From Camelus ferus (taxonomy: Eukaryota), in the NCBI RefSeq assembly GCF_009834535.1, contig NC_045716.1, forward strand, positions 25,730,001 through 25,794,000: a stretch of 64,000 bases of DNA. Direction: 5' to 3'. The translations under genes were made by a program, and so were the position numbers. The notes beneath the pieces were generated by a model, which was not told the origin of the DNA, did no database searches, and saw only the letters and a program-made list of their open reading frames with translations. Of the stretch, positions 12,801 to 23,600 are shown piece after piece; position 1 is the first letter of the stretch; each line of letters opens with the position of its first letter.

Positions 12801-14977
12801 TGGTTTTGCTAGGGTTCTGAGGAGGTGACTCCGGGGGCTGAGAGGTTAAGAAAAGTAAACTGAGCTATAGCCCCCTTTTCCCCTCCCACTTCAGAGTAGA
12901 TTCTGCACAAGATTTCCATTGACAAAGAGGGTGCCAATGCGAAGAAAAAAGCTTGAGCACTGTTGTTAGATACCTGAGTTTCCTAAGGATTGCTCTAAAA
13001 TTAAATGCAAGTCTACATGTTTCTAAGAGACATGTTTTATGAATTCTAAAAAATCAGCTTACCAATGAATTTAGTAATTCTAGAACTATCTGTGAAATGA
13101 ATGAATTTAGACTCATTAAAATGTGTGCACGTGACCAAAGTTAGAATGCTTAAAAATATAGGGAGTATACATTTTACATAAGATAAAGTACAGAAAAATA
13201 GAAGGGATGTTATACAGAATAGGGATCAGTGTGGCGTGAGGCTAGTTAAAGCAAGGAATGTTGTGTTGGTGTTGAAGGAGAAGGTAAAAGTAGAAAAATG
13301 GTCAAAAATAAGTAGCGCCGTCAGCTCTGAACTGAGATTATCTGCATTTGAGTTTCAGTTGCAAAACTTACTGTTTGATCTTGGGTGAGTTATCGAAGCC
13401 TCTAAGCCTCAGTTTTCTCATCATAATTTTCTCATCACCATAAAATGGGGATAATAATAGAATCATTGTGAGGATTACATTAAATGAGGTATTCTATTAA
13501 AAAATACTCAGAAGAATTTTTGGCAAATGGCTAGTACTCAATAAAAGTTAGCTATTTTCATTATTCCCACTACCACCATTCCTAATCCTGCTGGTTATCA
13601 TTCACCGAATTCGTGCCTCAGCCTCACAAGCCATAAAAACTCATCTCCATTTCCCTCAGTGGTCAGTAGCCAGAAGAAGACTGGGATCCAGTTCAGAGTT
13701 AAGAGCATGGACCATGAATTCAAAGAGATCTTGCTTCAAACCTTGATTTTGTCATTTATTAGCTGTATGATTTTGACAAATTACTTAACTCAGGCTCCTT
13801 ACCTACAAAATGTGACCAATACGTCCCTCTGAGAAATACTATTCTTGTTGGAACAGAAGAAGAGCCGTTTTGAGTATGAAGTGAGACAATGAGTGTAAAC
13901 GTATCTGGCAGATATTGAATACCCAGTAAAATGAAACTGACTTGACTCCAGGTGGGAAATGATGGGGGCCTCGTGGGTTCCCTTTCTCTTCTTGTGGCCT
14001 CAGATCAAGGAATTGCTGAAGAAGCTGGAGCAGCTCTCAGAGGAGGTGCTAGCAGCTCGGGGAGAAAGTGCTCGCCTCACCCTACAGCTGCAGGTGTGTT
14101 TTGGCCCTCAGGGAGATGTACGCTGCTAGAGAATGGGGTGCACAGTGGAAGTGATATGTCCATGGGAGAGATTCTGGGGATTCCAGGGGCCCGGCCAGGC
14201 AGGCAGTGGTCTAGGCTGAGTCAGGGATGGCCAGGGGAGCCTACCTGGCACAGCTGACCACCTTACCCCATTGTTCTTCGTGTTGAGGGGATCCGGGTGA
14301 GTGTGGGAGGTGGGGCACATGACCTCCCACTGATGCTCACTCCCAGGATTCCCAGAAGAACCACGAAGAGATCATCTCCACCTATAGGAATCATCTGCTG
14401 AATGCCGCTCAGGTGAGCATCGGAGGAGGCAGAGGTAGAGAGATGGGCAGGCGGCACTGCATTTGGGGTCCCTTCTCTTACCTGCACATTCCTGTCATCT
14501 CTCAGAAGGCTGGACTTTAGATATTCCAGTGCCAGGTCTCTGGATCTCAGAGGCAGATCAAGAGAGTTTGTGCATGAATGTGGGGGGGGGGAGAGGTGTT
14601 TGCCCCTCCTTTTCAATTCTCTGGTCCACTGTAAGGCTTTTTCCTGAAAAAGAGGTGGGTGGCTTGCTCCTTCATTAGGAAAAATAATAAACTACAAAGA
14701 ATCAAACGCTTATTATGCACTAGGTGCTTTGTAACTCCCACAGCCATCTGGAAAAGTAGACATGGTTATCTTCCTTGTAAAGATTAGGAAACAGCCATTG
14801 AGAAGTTAAGTACCATAAGCGAGGGCACACAGTTGGTAAGTAGCATTCTACTGCACCACAGAAACTCTCCCACTTTCTGTTCTTCTCCTTTTGTTTCTTT
14901 CCTGCCACCTACAGGGCTACATGGAACAGGATGTGTACAATATCCTACTGCGAATCCTCAGCATGCAGGAGGAGTGA
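774..14977 (+). CDS. ANKRD35: Ankyrin repeat domain-containing protein 35 (N-terminal ankyrin repeats, long C-terminal coiled coil); 13 coding exons, 995 aa
   Basis: join(774-812,5939-6069,6841-6929,7289-7353,8164-8221,8417-8487,8746-8852,9479-9663,10286-10323,10489-12474,14004-14093,14347-14412,14915-14977) = 2988 nt, all GT-AG, phases consistent. Translates MKRIFSCSSSQVAVERWNRRDQKLLEAVQRGDV...DVYNILLRILSMQEE*, recognised as ANKRD35. Confidence 0.97.
3838..3990 (-). mobile_element. MIR SINE fragment (approximate bounds)
   Basis: Motifs 'acttactatgtg..cagacagtgctaggcgct', 'gaaacagaggttcaggg', 'gctaaagtcac..aggat..agaatcaggattt' match the MIR core in antisense. Confidence 0.6.
4264..4500 (+). 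mobile_element. MIR SINE (approximate bounds)
   Basis: 'gcagtgtggtccagcgg..aagaactaggactgg..tctaatctcaatttcaccact..gtggccctggacagttatctaacctc..gcttccgtttctt..ctgtcaa' resembles the MIR consensus. Confidence 0.6.
13320..13560 (+). mobile_element. MIR SINE (approximate bounds)
   Basis: 'gatcttgggtgagttatcgaagcctctaagcctcagttttctcatc..aaaatggggataataatag..ttgtgaggattacattaaatgag..tactcaataaaagttagctatt' is a typical MIR core and 3' end. Confidence 0.8.
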
Positions 14978-15532
14978 GGCAGCCTGTGCCCTGAAGAACA
15001 TGCTGTGAGTCGTGGGTTGGGAGAAAGGGCTTGGGAGACGAAGCAGAAGGATGGATGGAAACTGGAGTCTTCTTTTGTCCCATGTGGTAGCTGACACTAG
15101 GGGGTCCTGTGGGGCATAGAGCATTCGAGGTGAGGTCAATTGAGAAACCCTGATATGGGGAATCACTGGGTGGAGTCAGGAGTCAGTGAGTAGATGGACT
15201 GAAGGGGTCTGACTTATGCGATGGAGACTGAAAAGAGGAGTTGAGTGACTCTCCTAAAGTCTGGGGTATAGACACCAGTGAAAGATGAGTGATGGTGGGA
15301 CAGCGGTGCCCAGTTGATTCCCAGTGTGGTACTCTACAAATTCCAGAATCCCTCCTTCACTCCCTCACCACTCATTCAGTGTGGTCATCCTCCATTCTCC
15401 TCCCTGCTTCCATACAGTTGGCTGTCTTCTCCAGTCCAAAGAGATGAGGATCATCTTTAGCATCTTGGTGTGGGTGGAGGAGACTGAGGGTATGGAATTA
15501 TGTGCATTTCACCCTTGAATTTCTTCTTTCAG

Positions 15533-15740
15533 GGAACAGAGCATCCTTGGTTGCCAGAGGCTCCATCAGGCTGTGGTGGGTGGTGGTTGGCCACTGAGGA
15601 TAGTGTGGGTGGGGCTTCACCTGATGATTTGAACTCCAGACCTGAGAACCTGAGCCGTGGAATCAGCATGGATGAAACCTGAGGAGGTGTGGTTGGAAGG
15701 CAACGCTAAGGAAAATAAAGCAGCAGGCAGGATGGTGTTG
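15533..15740 (+). other. ANKRD35: Non-coding terminal (3'UTR) exon of ANKRD35 with AATAAA at 15714-15719
   Basis: Donor CT|GTGAGT at 15004/15005 shortly after the stop codon; pyrimidine tract plus AG at 15521-15532; canonical poly(A) signal downstream. The 3' end is approximate. Confidence 0.7.
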
Positions 15741-16873
15741 GGTGTCTGTTTTTTTTTCTCTCTAAGAGGGAGTGGGGGAAGGAATCTTTCTCATTTCTTT
15801 TTGATCACAAGTGGCCTCATAAGTTAGCTGCTTTCAGACTTTGATTATGATCCATAGTAAGAAATACATTTTACATCCTGTGTTTACATACCTGAAATAA
15901 TACTTACCCTTACTATTTCTATTCTTTTCTATATTCCATCAAAAAAATATTGGTTACAACATCTCCACTGATAGGTCAAGACTCAGTCTGAAAAACAGCA
16001 AAAATGAGGTTTGACACACTTCCTTTCTCCTTCTCAAGTGTGTCTTTACTGACTGACACAGCTCTGGTCTTTTTTCTTTACCTTTGGACTCCTGAGTCCA
16101 CTATCATTTTTAATAAAGAGCAATTGAGAGACCTGGATTTTCTTCAAGATGTACAATCTAAAATATTCTCTCATATGTTAAACCATGTATCTAGATTTGA
16201 GGTACAAGGTCTCTTGTGGTCAGTGTTCTTTGTTCTAGGTGCAAAGAGGGATGAAAAGTCTTGATTCCTACCTAGAAAAGGGACAAAGGGATACTCGGAG
16301 CTGGCTTCTTCCCTCCAGTTCTGTTCTCAGGCTGAAAAAATGTATCTCTCCTTGGCCACTTCCCCTGGGTCTCCTCCCCTTCCTGCCTCTCCGCCAGCGT
16401 TCCGGACTACTAGGTGAGAGTGAGGCAGCGAGCTCCTCCAAAATCTGGAATTGCCGTTTGGTGGCCCCCACACTGATCCCCCCATCCCTTCTCTCAGCCC
16501 GCCCCCTTCTGGGTTCTGCTGGGCCAACCCCGCGGATTTGGGGTTTGGCAGTACAGAAACTGATGGGCCTAGAGAAGAGTGGGAGGAGCGGTCAAGGAAG
16601 ACTGGGGCCCCGGCGGGGTGGGGGTCGGGGACGGGGGCGGGGGGAGGGGCAGGGAGGGGAGCGGGGGAGGGACAGTGGCGCGGGGAGTGGGTGGAAGCTG
16701 CAGAGCCTGGCTCCAAGGTTTGGCCAGGAAGAGAGCAGCTATGTAGATGAGTTCCTACAGGAGAGTCAGCTCTGGTGTTTGTGTGAATGGGTCTGGGAGA
16801 ATGCAGAGAGGACAGACTGATGGAGAAAAAGAAGGGTGCAGCTGCCAAAGGAGCATCAAAAGGTCCAAGCCAT

Positions 16874-16981
16874 TTCTTTCTTTCTTTCTTTTTTTAATTG
16901 AAGTATAGTCAGTTTACAATGTTGTGTCAATTTCTGGTGTACAGCCTAGTGTTTCAGTCATACATATACATGCATACATAC
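16874..16981 (-). mobile_element. Severely 5'-truncated lineage-specific L1 3' end with 9-bp TSD
   Basis: T-rich tail followed by 'aattgaagtatagtcagtttacaatgttgtgtcaatttctggtgtacagc' (cetartiodactyl L1 3' end in antisense); flanked by CCAAGCCAT at 16865-16873 and 16982-16990. Confidence 0.8.
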
Positions 16982-17804
16982 CCAAGCCATGTCTATTAAG
17001 GGGAACACAACCTCTCTTTTCCTTCCTGCTCTTAGAGTTACCAAATAATAGAAAAGGATTTACTTTCCATATAATATATGTGGTGTGGTGTGGTGTGGGA
17101 AGAATGAAGAAACTGCAGAGAACAGGGTCCAGAGAGGGGTGGATCATTTTGTGCAGTTCAAGCACGAAGCAGGAAACAACTTTGGTGATGGGAGGCAGGG
17201 CTTTGGCTTCCTCTGCGGCTCCTGGAATCCGATCCCAGGATGGCTGAGCTGTGGGAACGGTCAGTGATGTTAATGCTAACACAGAAATGGAACTTTCTCC
17301 AGCTCCTGGTCTTCCTAAGCAGCCTTTCTCTAGACACCCCCATAAATTGTTACCTCAATAACCCCAAGCCCTGACAGTTTCCTTGATTTCATAAATAAAT
17401 CTTTCTTTCCCAAAGTAACTGTAGTCTTAATGTTCCCTTCTTTCCTCTTGGGCTGTCTGTTTACTGGGACTTCAGCAGGGACTAATTACTCCTGTTTCAC
17501 TCCTCTTCGTTCTCCTGGCTTTAGATGTTGGAGTGTATGCAGGAGAGTAGGTGAAGCCTGGTGAGCCATGATGGGGTTCAGACTATGTTTTTGAATGCCC
17601 TCCATCTGAAACGTGGTCCTGATTTGCAGCTTCCATCCTTTGTCTGGTAACAGTAATTTATTAAACTGAGATTTAAAGGGTCTATTATGTGCCCGGCCCT
17701 GGGGATAGAGCGAGCTTGCACGCAGGATCAGATTCAGGTGCCCTGGTTCCTAGTTTTATGTTATACTGTGGGGATGCTAGAACTTATAATCTCAATTAAC
17801 TATT

Positions 17805-18029
17805 TTTTTTTCTTGTGAATTGTTTTTATTAGGATAGAGGGGGTGGGTTGGGAAATATCTCTGTGGATTGTGCCGCATCAGGGAAATGTCCTTTCCAATC
17901 TTCCTGGGATAGCTTTTGGAACTTTTTCTTTTTCTTGGAGCTGTTGCTCTTGCTGTCAGCAGCCTCTTCAGGTCCACTGCTGAGCAGCTCCTCCTTGGAA
18001 GAGAATTTCCTCTTTTTCTTGGGGACTCA
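17805..18029 (-). pseudogene. NOP56: 5'-truncated processed pseudogene of NOP56 (lysine-rich C-terminal tail plus 3'UTR plus poly(A))
   Basis: Minus strand reads PKKKRKFSSKEELLSSGPEEAADSKSNSSKKKKKFQKLSQED, then TGG at the expected stop position, matching the recalled NOP56 C-terminus (..SSGPEEA..SSKKKKKFHKASQED*). AATAAA at 17830-17825, A-tail, and near-perfect 11-bp TSD AATTAACTATT (17794-17804) / AATTAATTATT (18030-18040). Confidence 0.85.
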
Positions 18030-18099
18030 AATTAATTATTAAAGGAGATTCCCGCCCCCTCCATGAAATCATTAGAAATCAAGGTGATGTTGACTTTTC

Positions 18100-18262
18100 T
18101 TTTTTTCTTTTACATTTTACAGCTTTATTGAGGTATAATTGACATAGAATAAACCGCATGTAAAGTGTGCAGTTTGATAAATTTTGACATATGTATAGGC
18201 CCATAAAACCATCACACCATCAAGGTAATGAACATATCCATCACTCCCAAAGAGTTACCCCC
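18100..18262 (-). mobile_element. Old L1 (L1MA/L1MB-type) 3' fragment
   Basis: 'cagctttattgaggtataattgacata..aataaaccgcatg..aaagtgtgcagtttgataaattttgacatatgtata..accatcacaccatcaaggtaatgaacatatccatcactcccaaa' is the classic antisense L1M 3' end. Confidence 0.8.
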
Positions 18263-19329
18263 ATCTCTCTCTCTCTGAAACCACTGAAAATTCTAGAAGA
18301 TACAAACTAGTCCATAGTAACTTTTGATCTAGTGGATTTAAGAGAACAGAAAAATGAGCTCCGGGCCTGTGCAGACTCAAGTGTTGGAGGGAGCAGTTGG
18401 GATTTAGAACCAAATACTTGAACTTGAGTTCCCACCATTGCTGGCAGCAGAGCAGCAAGGTGAGAACCTGAGTGTCAGGAGAGGGTGGATATCCTCCTTA
18501 GGGATAAAATCTGCAATGTAGTTGGGCACGATCTAGTTCAACAGGTACTTGGGGATATTGTCCTATGGCTGTGAGGTCTCATGGGAAAGGTAATACTGAA
18601 GGTTTAAGCTAAATGTGAGGATTATTCATATTGTTTATTAAAGCACTCTTTGTTTGCCAGTTATTGGTTTAACCATCTTGTCACTGATGCTAGACTGAGA
18701 ACTCTTGCAAGGATTTTATGTCCTCAGCACCTAACATTCTCTGAACAGCATTCAAGTATTTATTGAACAAGACAGTTATCACTTAGGTCCCAGCCAACTA
18801 ATATGAAATTCTATGAGTTTTCAACTACCTAGTTTGGGTAAACTGCTCTAAAGTTGGTACTTTCAAGGGATCTGACTGTGAATGACGAGCTTAGTTGAGA
18901 ATGGGGCCTCTGGAAAGTCTAAGGCTTTGGAGGAAGGACTAGTAAGCAGTTCAGACTGTCAGAAAGATGCCTTTCTTGGGTGAGAAAACTTCCCTTCTGT
19001 TTGCCTTCAGCTACAGCAAAGGTGTGCGGTCTCTGGTAAGTCTTTGTATTTGAGGTAGAGGGTAGGGGACCACAGGTAGAGTTAGGGTTTAGGTACACTT
19101 TGGATTTTAGTAGCCCAGGTTTTCTTTCCCTTAGGGACAGCGCCTGATTCTAAGTAGGCACCTCTATATGCTATCAGATTCCCGATCCACAGTCTTCTTT
19201 GCACCTTGCCTCCACCCTAAGCGCATACAGCAGCACAAGGGTCAGAGCAGTAGTGACAATGATGAGATCCAAGAACGACTCTCTCGATCCACTCACTAGA
19301 GGAGTTAATCTTTCCAGCGCCTGCCTCTG

Positions 19330-20600
19330 AGTCCTTCCCTCTCCCGCCTCAGACTCCGCCCCTCCCCACTGCTCCGCCGTCCTGGCGGGCTTACACGGGA
19401 GAGGGCGGCCCCAGCCCCAGCCCCAGCCCCAGCCCCAGCGCTGGGCCGGGCGGAGCTCCCGCCCAGGAGGAGCTGCGGCTGCAGCGTCCAGCTGCCGGAC
19501 TGACCTCCAGCCGTGCAGACCGCGGGAGCGGCGCCGGGCCCCCTCCCCCCCACCGCCCCAGACCACCCTCTGAGCCGTCCGAGCCCCCTCCCTGCTCCCT
19601 GCCACTGCACTGGTAAGTCCCGCGCTCCGTACCAAACTTTTTTGCTGCGGAGTTCTACTGCCAGACCACGAGCTACACTGTGAGGGGGAGGGGAAGGGGT
19701 GAAGAACTGAGACAAGCCGTCTTGAAATGACCTATTCACGACTCCATAGCTTCCCGAAAATGGATCAGATCTCCCCGTTTCCCGAGTTGGTAGAACTCTT
19801 GATTTTAGCTGGTTAAACTTGTAGTGAGGGAGATGAGGGTATCTGCTCCAACTTCGCTACACCCTCTCCCATTTCTCTGAGATTTAGCACTTCTCGATAC
19901 TTTCCCTCCACATTTCAAGTACCTGTGGCTCCCTAAAAGCTCATCCCCTCCCCATTCTGCCGTGGCAAAGCCCACTCTCCCAGGTACTTCGGGTCCACCT
20001 TCTCTGCATTTTCCCGGAGACCCCGCGATCCTTCGGGCTGTTCACTCCCTCCGGGTCTACCGGTCTTGCACACCGGCCAAAGACGTGCAGGGGCTGGGTC
20101 CGGCTGTGGAGGGAGGGGCTGAAGCTCGGGCTNNNNNNNNNNNNNNNNNNNNNNNNNNNNNNNNNNNNNNNNNNNNNNNNNNNNNNNNNNNNNNNNNNNN
20201 NNNNNNNNNNNNNNNNNNNNNNNNNNNNNNNNNNNNNNNNNNNNNNNNNNNNNNNNNNNNNNNNGCTCGGGCGCCTGCGATGTCTCAAGATGGCGGAGCT
20301 GGGCGAATTAAAGGTACCGGCCCCCTCCCCCATCCCCATCTGCACTGAGCCCGGCAGAGCGCCGAGTCAGGGAAGCGACGGAGACGGGGTGCCGAGGGCT
20401 TGGTGGGGGCTGGAGACGTGGCGGGGACTCGCTGCTGGGGATGGGAGAAGTGGCTGTGGGCGAGGTAGGGGCTGCGGCGGGACTCCGGGGGCGGGGTCGC
20501 GGGGCAGATGCAGGGGTGGGGCCGAGGGAATTGCAGCTGTTGGGAGCCGAGGCGCAGGGGGCGGGGACGCGGGGTAGAAGTTGGATTTGGTGGTAGGGGC
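19330..20600 (+). promoter_or_regulatory. CpG-rich promoter region of PIAS3 with two candidate first exons
   Basis: CpG-dense blocks at about 19330-19630 (ends in donor TG|GTAAGT at 19612/19613) and about 20020-20570 (contains ATG 20290 in a YY1-like AAGATGGCGG context); partly in an N gap. Confidence 0.75.
20133..20264. other. Assembly gap (132 N) in the PIAS3 promoter/5'UTR
   Basis: Run of N. Confidence 1.
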
Positions 20601-23600
20601 AGATGCAGGGGTAGGGTCAGGAGGAAAAGCTGCTTCAGAGGCACTGGGCGCGAGTCGATCAAGGCCCAGAGATTCGACAGTAGGGGGCAGATGTTGGGAT
20701 GGGACTGTGGGGCAGAGGTACGGAAGGCTCCAGGGGGAAATGTGCTGAGAGGATAGAGGCTTTGGGGCTGCTGTTGGGATCTGAGCCTTGGGAAGTACCA
20801 GTAGGCGGCTGAGATCTAGGGGGCGGGGCTGTGCGGGCGGATAGATCGAGGGGTGGGGCAGAAGCATCCTGGAGGCTGAGAGGGAGGTCCTGCCTTAGTG
20901 AGTCGGGATCTTTGGGCAGAGACAGAGGAGTGTGAAACTACGGGATAGAAAGGGAGAAGTTCTTGACAAAACCAATGGAGAAATAAAGACAGAACAGAGG
21001 AGATAACGATGGGGAGAGAGGCAGAGGAGCAAGTTTTTAATCACATTCCTCAGGAGGAGCCCAAAGCCATAACACCCCCGGAGGGGAAGAGCCGTGGAGG
21101 GCTAGCAAGGCCTGCCCGTGGCCGGGCCTCCTAGAGACTCGCAGAAGGGAATCCTTTAAAGAGAGAGCTTGCCACGACCACACAGAGTCTTGAGAATAAC
21201 TATCCAAGGACAACATGACAGAACCTTTAAGAAGCACTGGGTTCATTTCCCTGCTTCTTGGCTTTATGCTGCCCTTTGAAATGGAGCCACAGCCTTGAGC
21301 AGGCTTGAGGTCTAGTCACTGGGCCCAGTGTGAGATTCTGCACCTTGGCTTAGGGGCCCCATGCCTGCTCCTCATTCTCCAGGGCCTCTTTTGAGAGCTT
21401 TGCCCTTTCTTCTCCCACCCCTCTGGCGAAGGGGGAGGATCACTTCTCTCTGTGCAGAAGAGAAGCAGGATATTGGTTCCTGGCAGGTGGAGTAAACAGG
21501 TAGACAGGAAGGGTAGATACCTAGATGCCCCATTTTGCTGTGAACACCCTCACTCCAAGTTTTGGTCCTGTCTCCCTCCCAGAAAAATAGGACTGAGGGA
21601 AGGGTAGTTATGTTAATGACAGTGAGAAAGGATTTGGGGGCGTTCTGAGCATTGAACCCTGACCTGAAAACCCTGGTTACAAAAGCTTCAGAGGCTTGGG
21701 GAAAAGAGCTGAGGTGGATTGAGGTGTTGGGAGGGGTGGGCTGTGTGGCACAGTCCTCCAGCAACCTGGCCCCTTTCTCCCCTGTTGAGCTGTCTGGCCT
21801 GAATCCTCTTCTCCCCCTCCTTCTCCCTGTCTCCTGTCCTCTTCCCAAGAGGCTGGGATGGGTCTGAGATTCTGAGAAAGGGCAGGAGAGGAGATAAGCA
21901 GCTTAACGGAGAGTCCAGGCTCAAGGCAGGAATGGAGGTGGGCTGCGGAAGTGGACTCAGAGGTGTGCTTTAGGATGGCCTGCTGTCTGCACCCTGTCCT
22001 CACCTGGTCGACTTCCAGGCTGGGGGAGATGGCGTTGCTCAGGCTCTGGGGGTAATGGTGAGGCTGCCCTGAGGGTTGCTAAAATGGGACATAGAGGTCC
22101 TTTTGGTCATATTTGCAGTCATCCACTGGCTGCAAAGCACCTCTCTGATTAGTGCTGGATGGATGGAGGCACTGCCCACCTAGCAGCTCAGCCCAGTGTC
22201 CTTGGCAGGACGGGCCTGTGCAAGGTAGGGTTCTCAAGCTTCTCTGGTCTCCACAGCACATGGTGATGAGTTTCCGGGTGTCTGAGCTCCAGGTGCTCCT
22301 TGGCTTTGCTGGCCGGAACAAGAGTGGACGGAAGCACGAGCTCTTGGCCAAGGCCCTGCACCTCCTCAAGTCCAGCTGTGCCCCCAGCGTCCAGATGAAG
22401 ATCAAAGAGCTTTACCGGCGACGCTTTCCCCGGAAGACCCTGGGGCCCTCTGATCTTTCCCTGCTCTCTCTGCCCCCTGGACACCCCTCCTGTAGGCTCC
22501 CCTGGCCCTTTAGCTCCCATCCCCCCGGCCCTCTTGGCCCCTGGCACCCTACTGGGCCCCAAGCGTGAAGTGGACATGCACCCCTCTCTGCCCCAGCCTG
22601 TGCACCCTGATGTAACCATGAAACCGTTGCCCTTCTATGAAATCTACGGGGAGCTGATCCGGCCCACAACCCTCGGTATGGCTGTTTGTGATCCCTCAGT
22701 CTTCCTGGATCCCATGCCTCTTCCACAGGCCTTTCTTAGGCTTTAGTCCTGTGGGCTCAGCAACCTAGGATAAGGGCAACTTCTGTGGCTGCCTGTGCAT
22801 GGGCTTGGGAATAACTGCTCCTTTGTGTTCTCAGCATCCACTTCTAGCCAGCGGTTTGAGGAAGCTCACTTCACCTTTGCCCTCACCCCCCAGCAAGTGC
22901 AGCAGATTCTTACATCCAGGTACATCTCTTTCAGTCCTCCTGCTTCCTCCTTTGGTAGTTACCCTTAGACTCTTAGACTCCGCTCTCTGACAGTCTTCTC
23001 TTCTGCCCTGCTCCTTCCTCTCCATCTTCCTGCCCCTGCTTTGCCTCTGATTCTCTCGTATGCCTCTTCTCTGTCCCTGGTGTCTCTGTCTGTTCATCCC
23101 TCCCCTCCGGGGAACACATACTGACATCTCCTCTTCTCTCCCTGTTCCAGAGAGGTTCTGCCAGGAGCCAAATGCGATTATACCATACAGGTGCAGCTAA
23201 GGTGAGTTGATCCTTCCTCTCTGCTGGGCTCCCATGGAGGGTGGGAATGAAATAAGGGTATGATAGGTCCTACTAGGAGATATCCCTGCTCTTCCACACC
23301 CACCCCAGCCCTGGGACTCTTATCTGGAAACTGAAGGCTACAGATATCCATCACTGATTTTCTGAGGTTCCCTGCCTCTCTCTGAGATTCAGTGCAAGAA
23401 ACTGCCTCCCACCCTTTCATCTTCTCTCATCTCTTACCAGGTTCTGTCTCTGTGAGACCAGCTGTCCCCAGGAGGATTATTTCCCCCCCAACCTCTTTGT
23501 CAAGGTCAATGGGAAACTGTGCCCTTTGCCAGTAAGTGCTCTTCCCTTCTTCTGGCAGTAACCCCTTCCCTGTTTCAGTTCCTAGATGTTAATTACAAAC

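Noticed and set aside
16118-16214. Possible hairpin bounded by AGAGACCT/AGGTCTCT
   Set aside because: Only 8 bp of clean pairing; the interior does not pair convincingly.
16239-16848. 193-aa (+) and 173-aa (-) ORFs between ANKRD35 and PIAS3
   Set aside because: Gly/Pro/Arg low-complexity products of the G-rich tract; no homology recognised.
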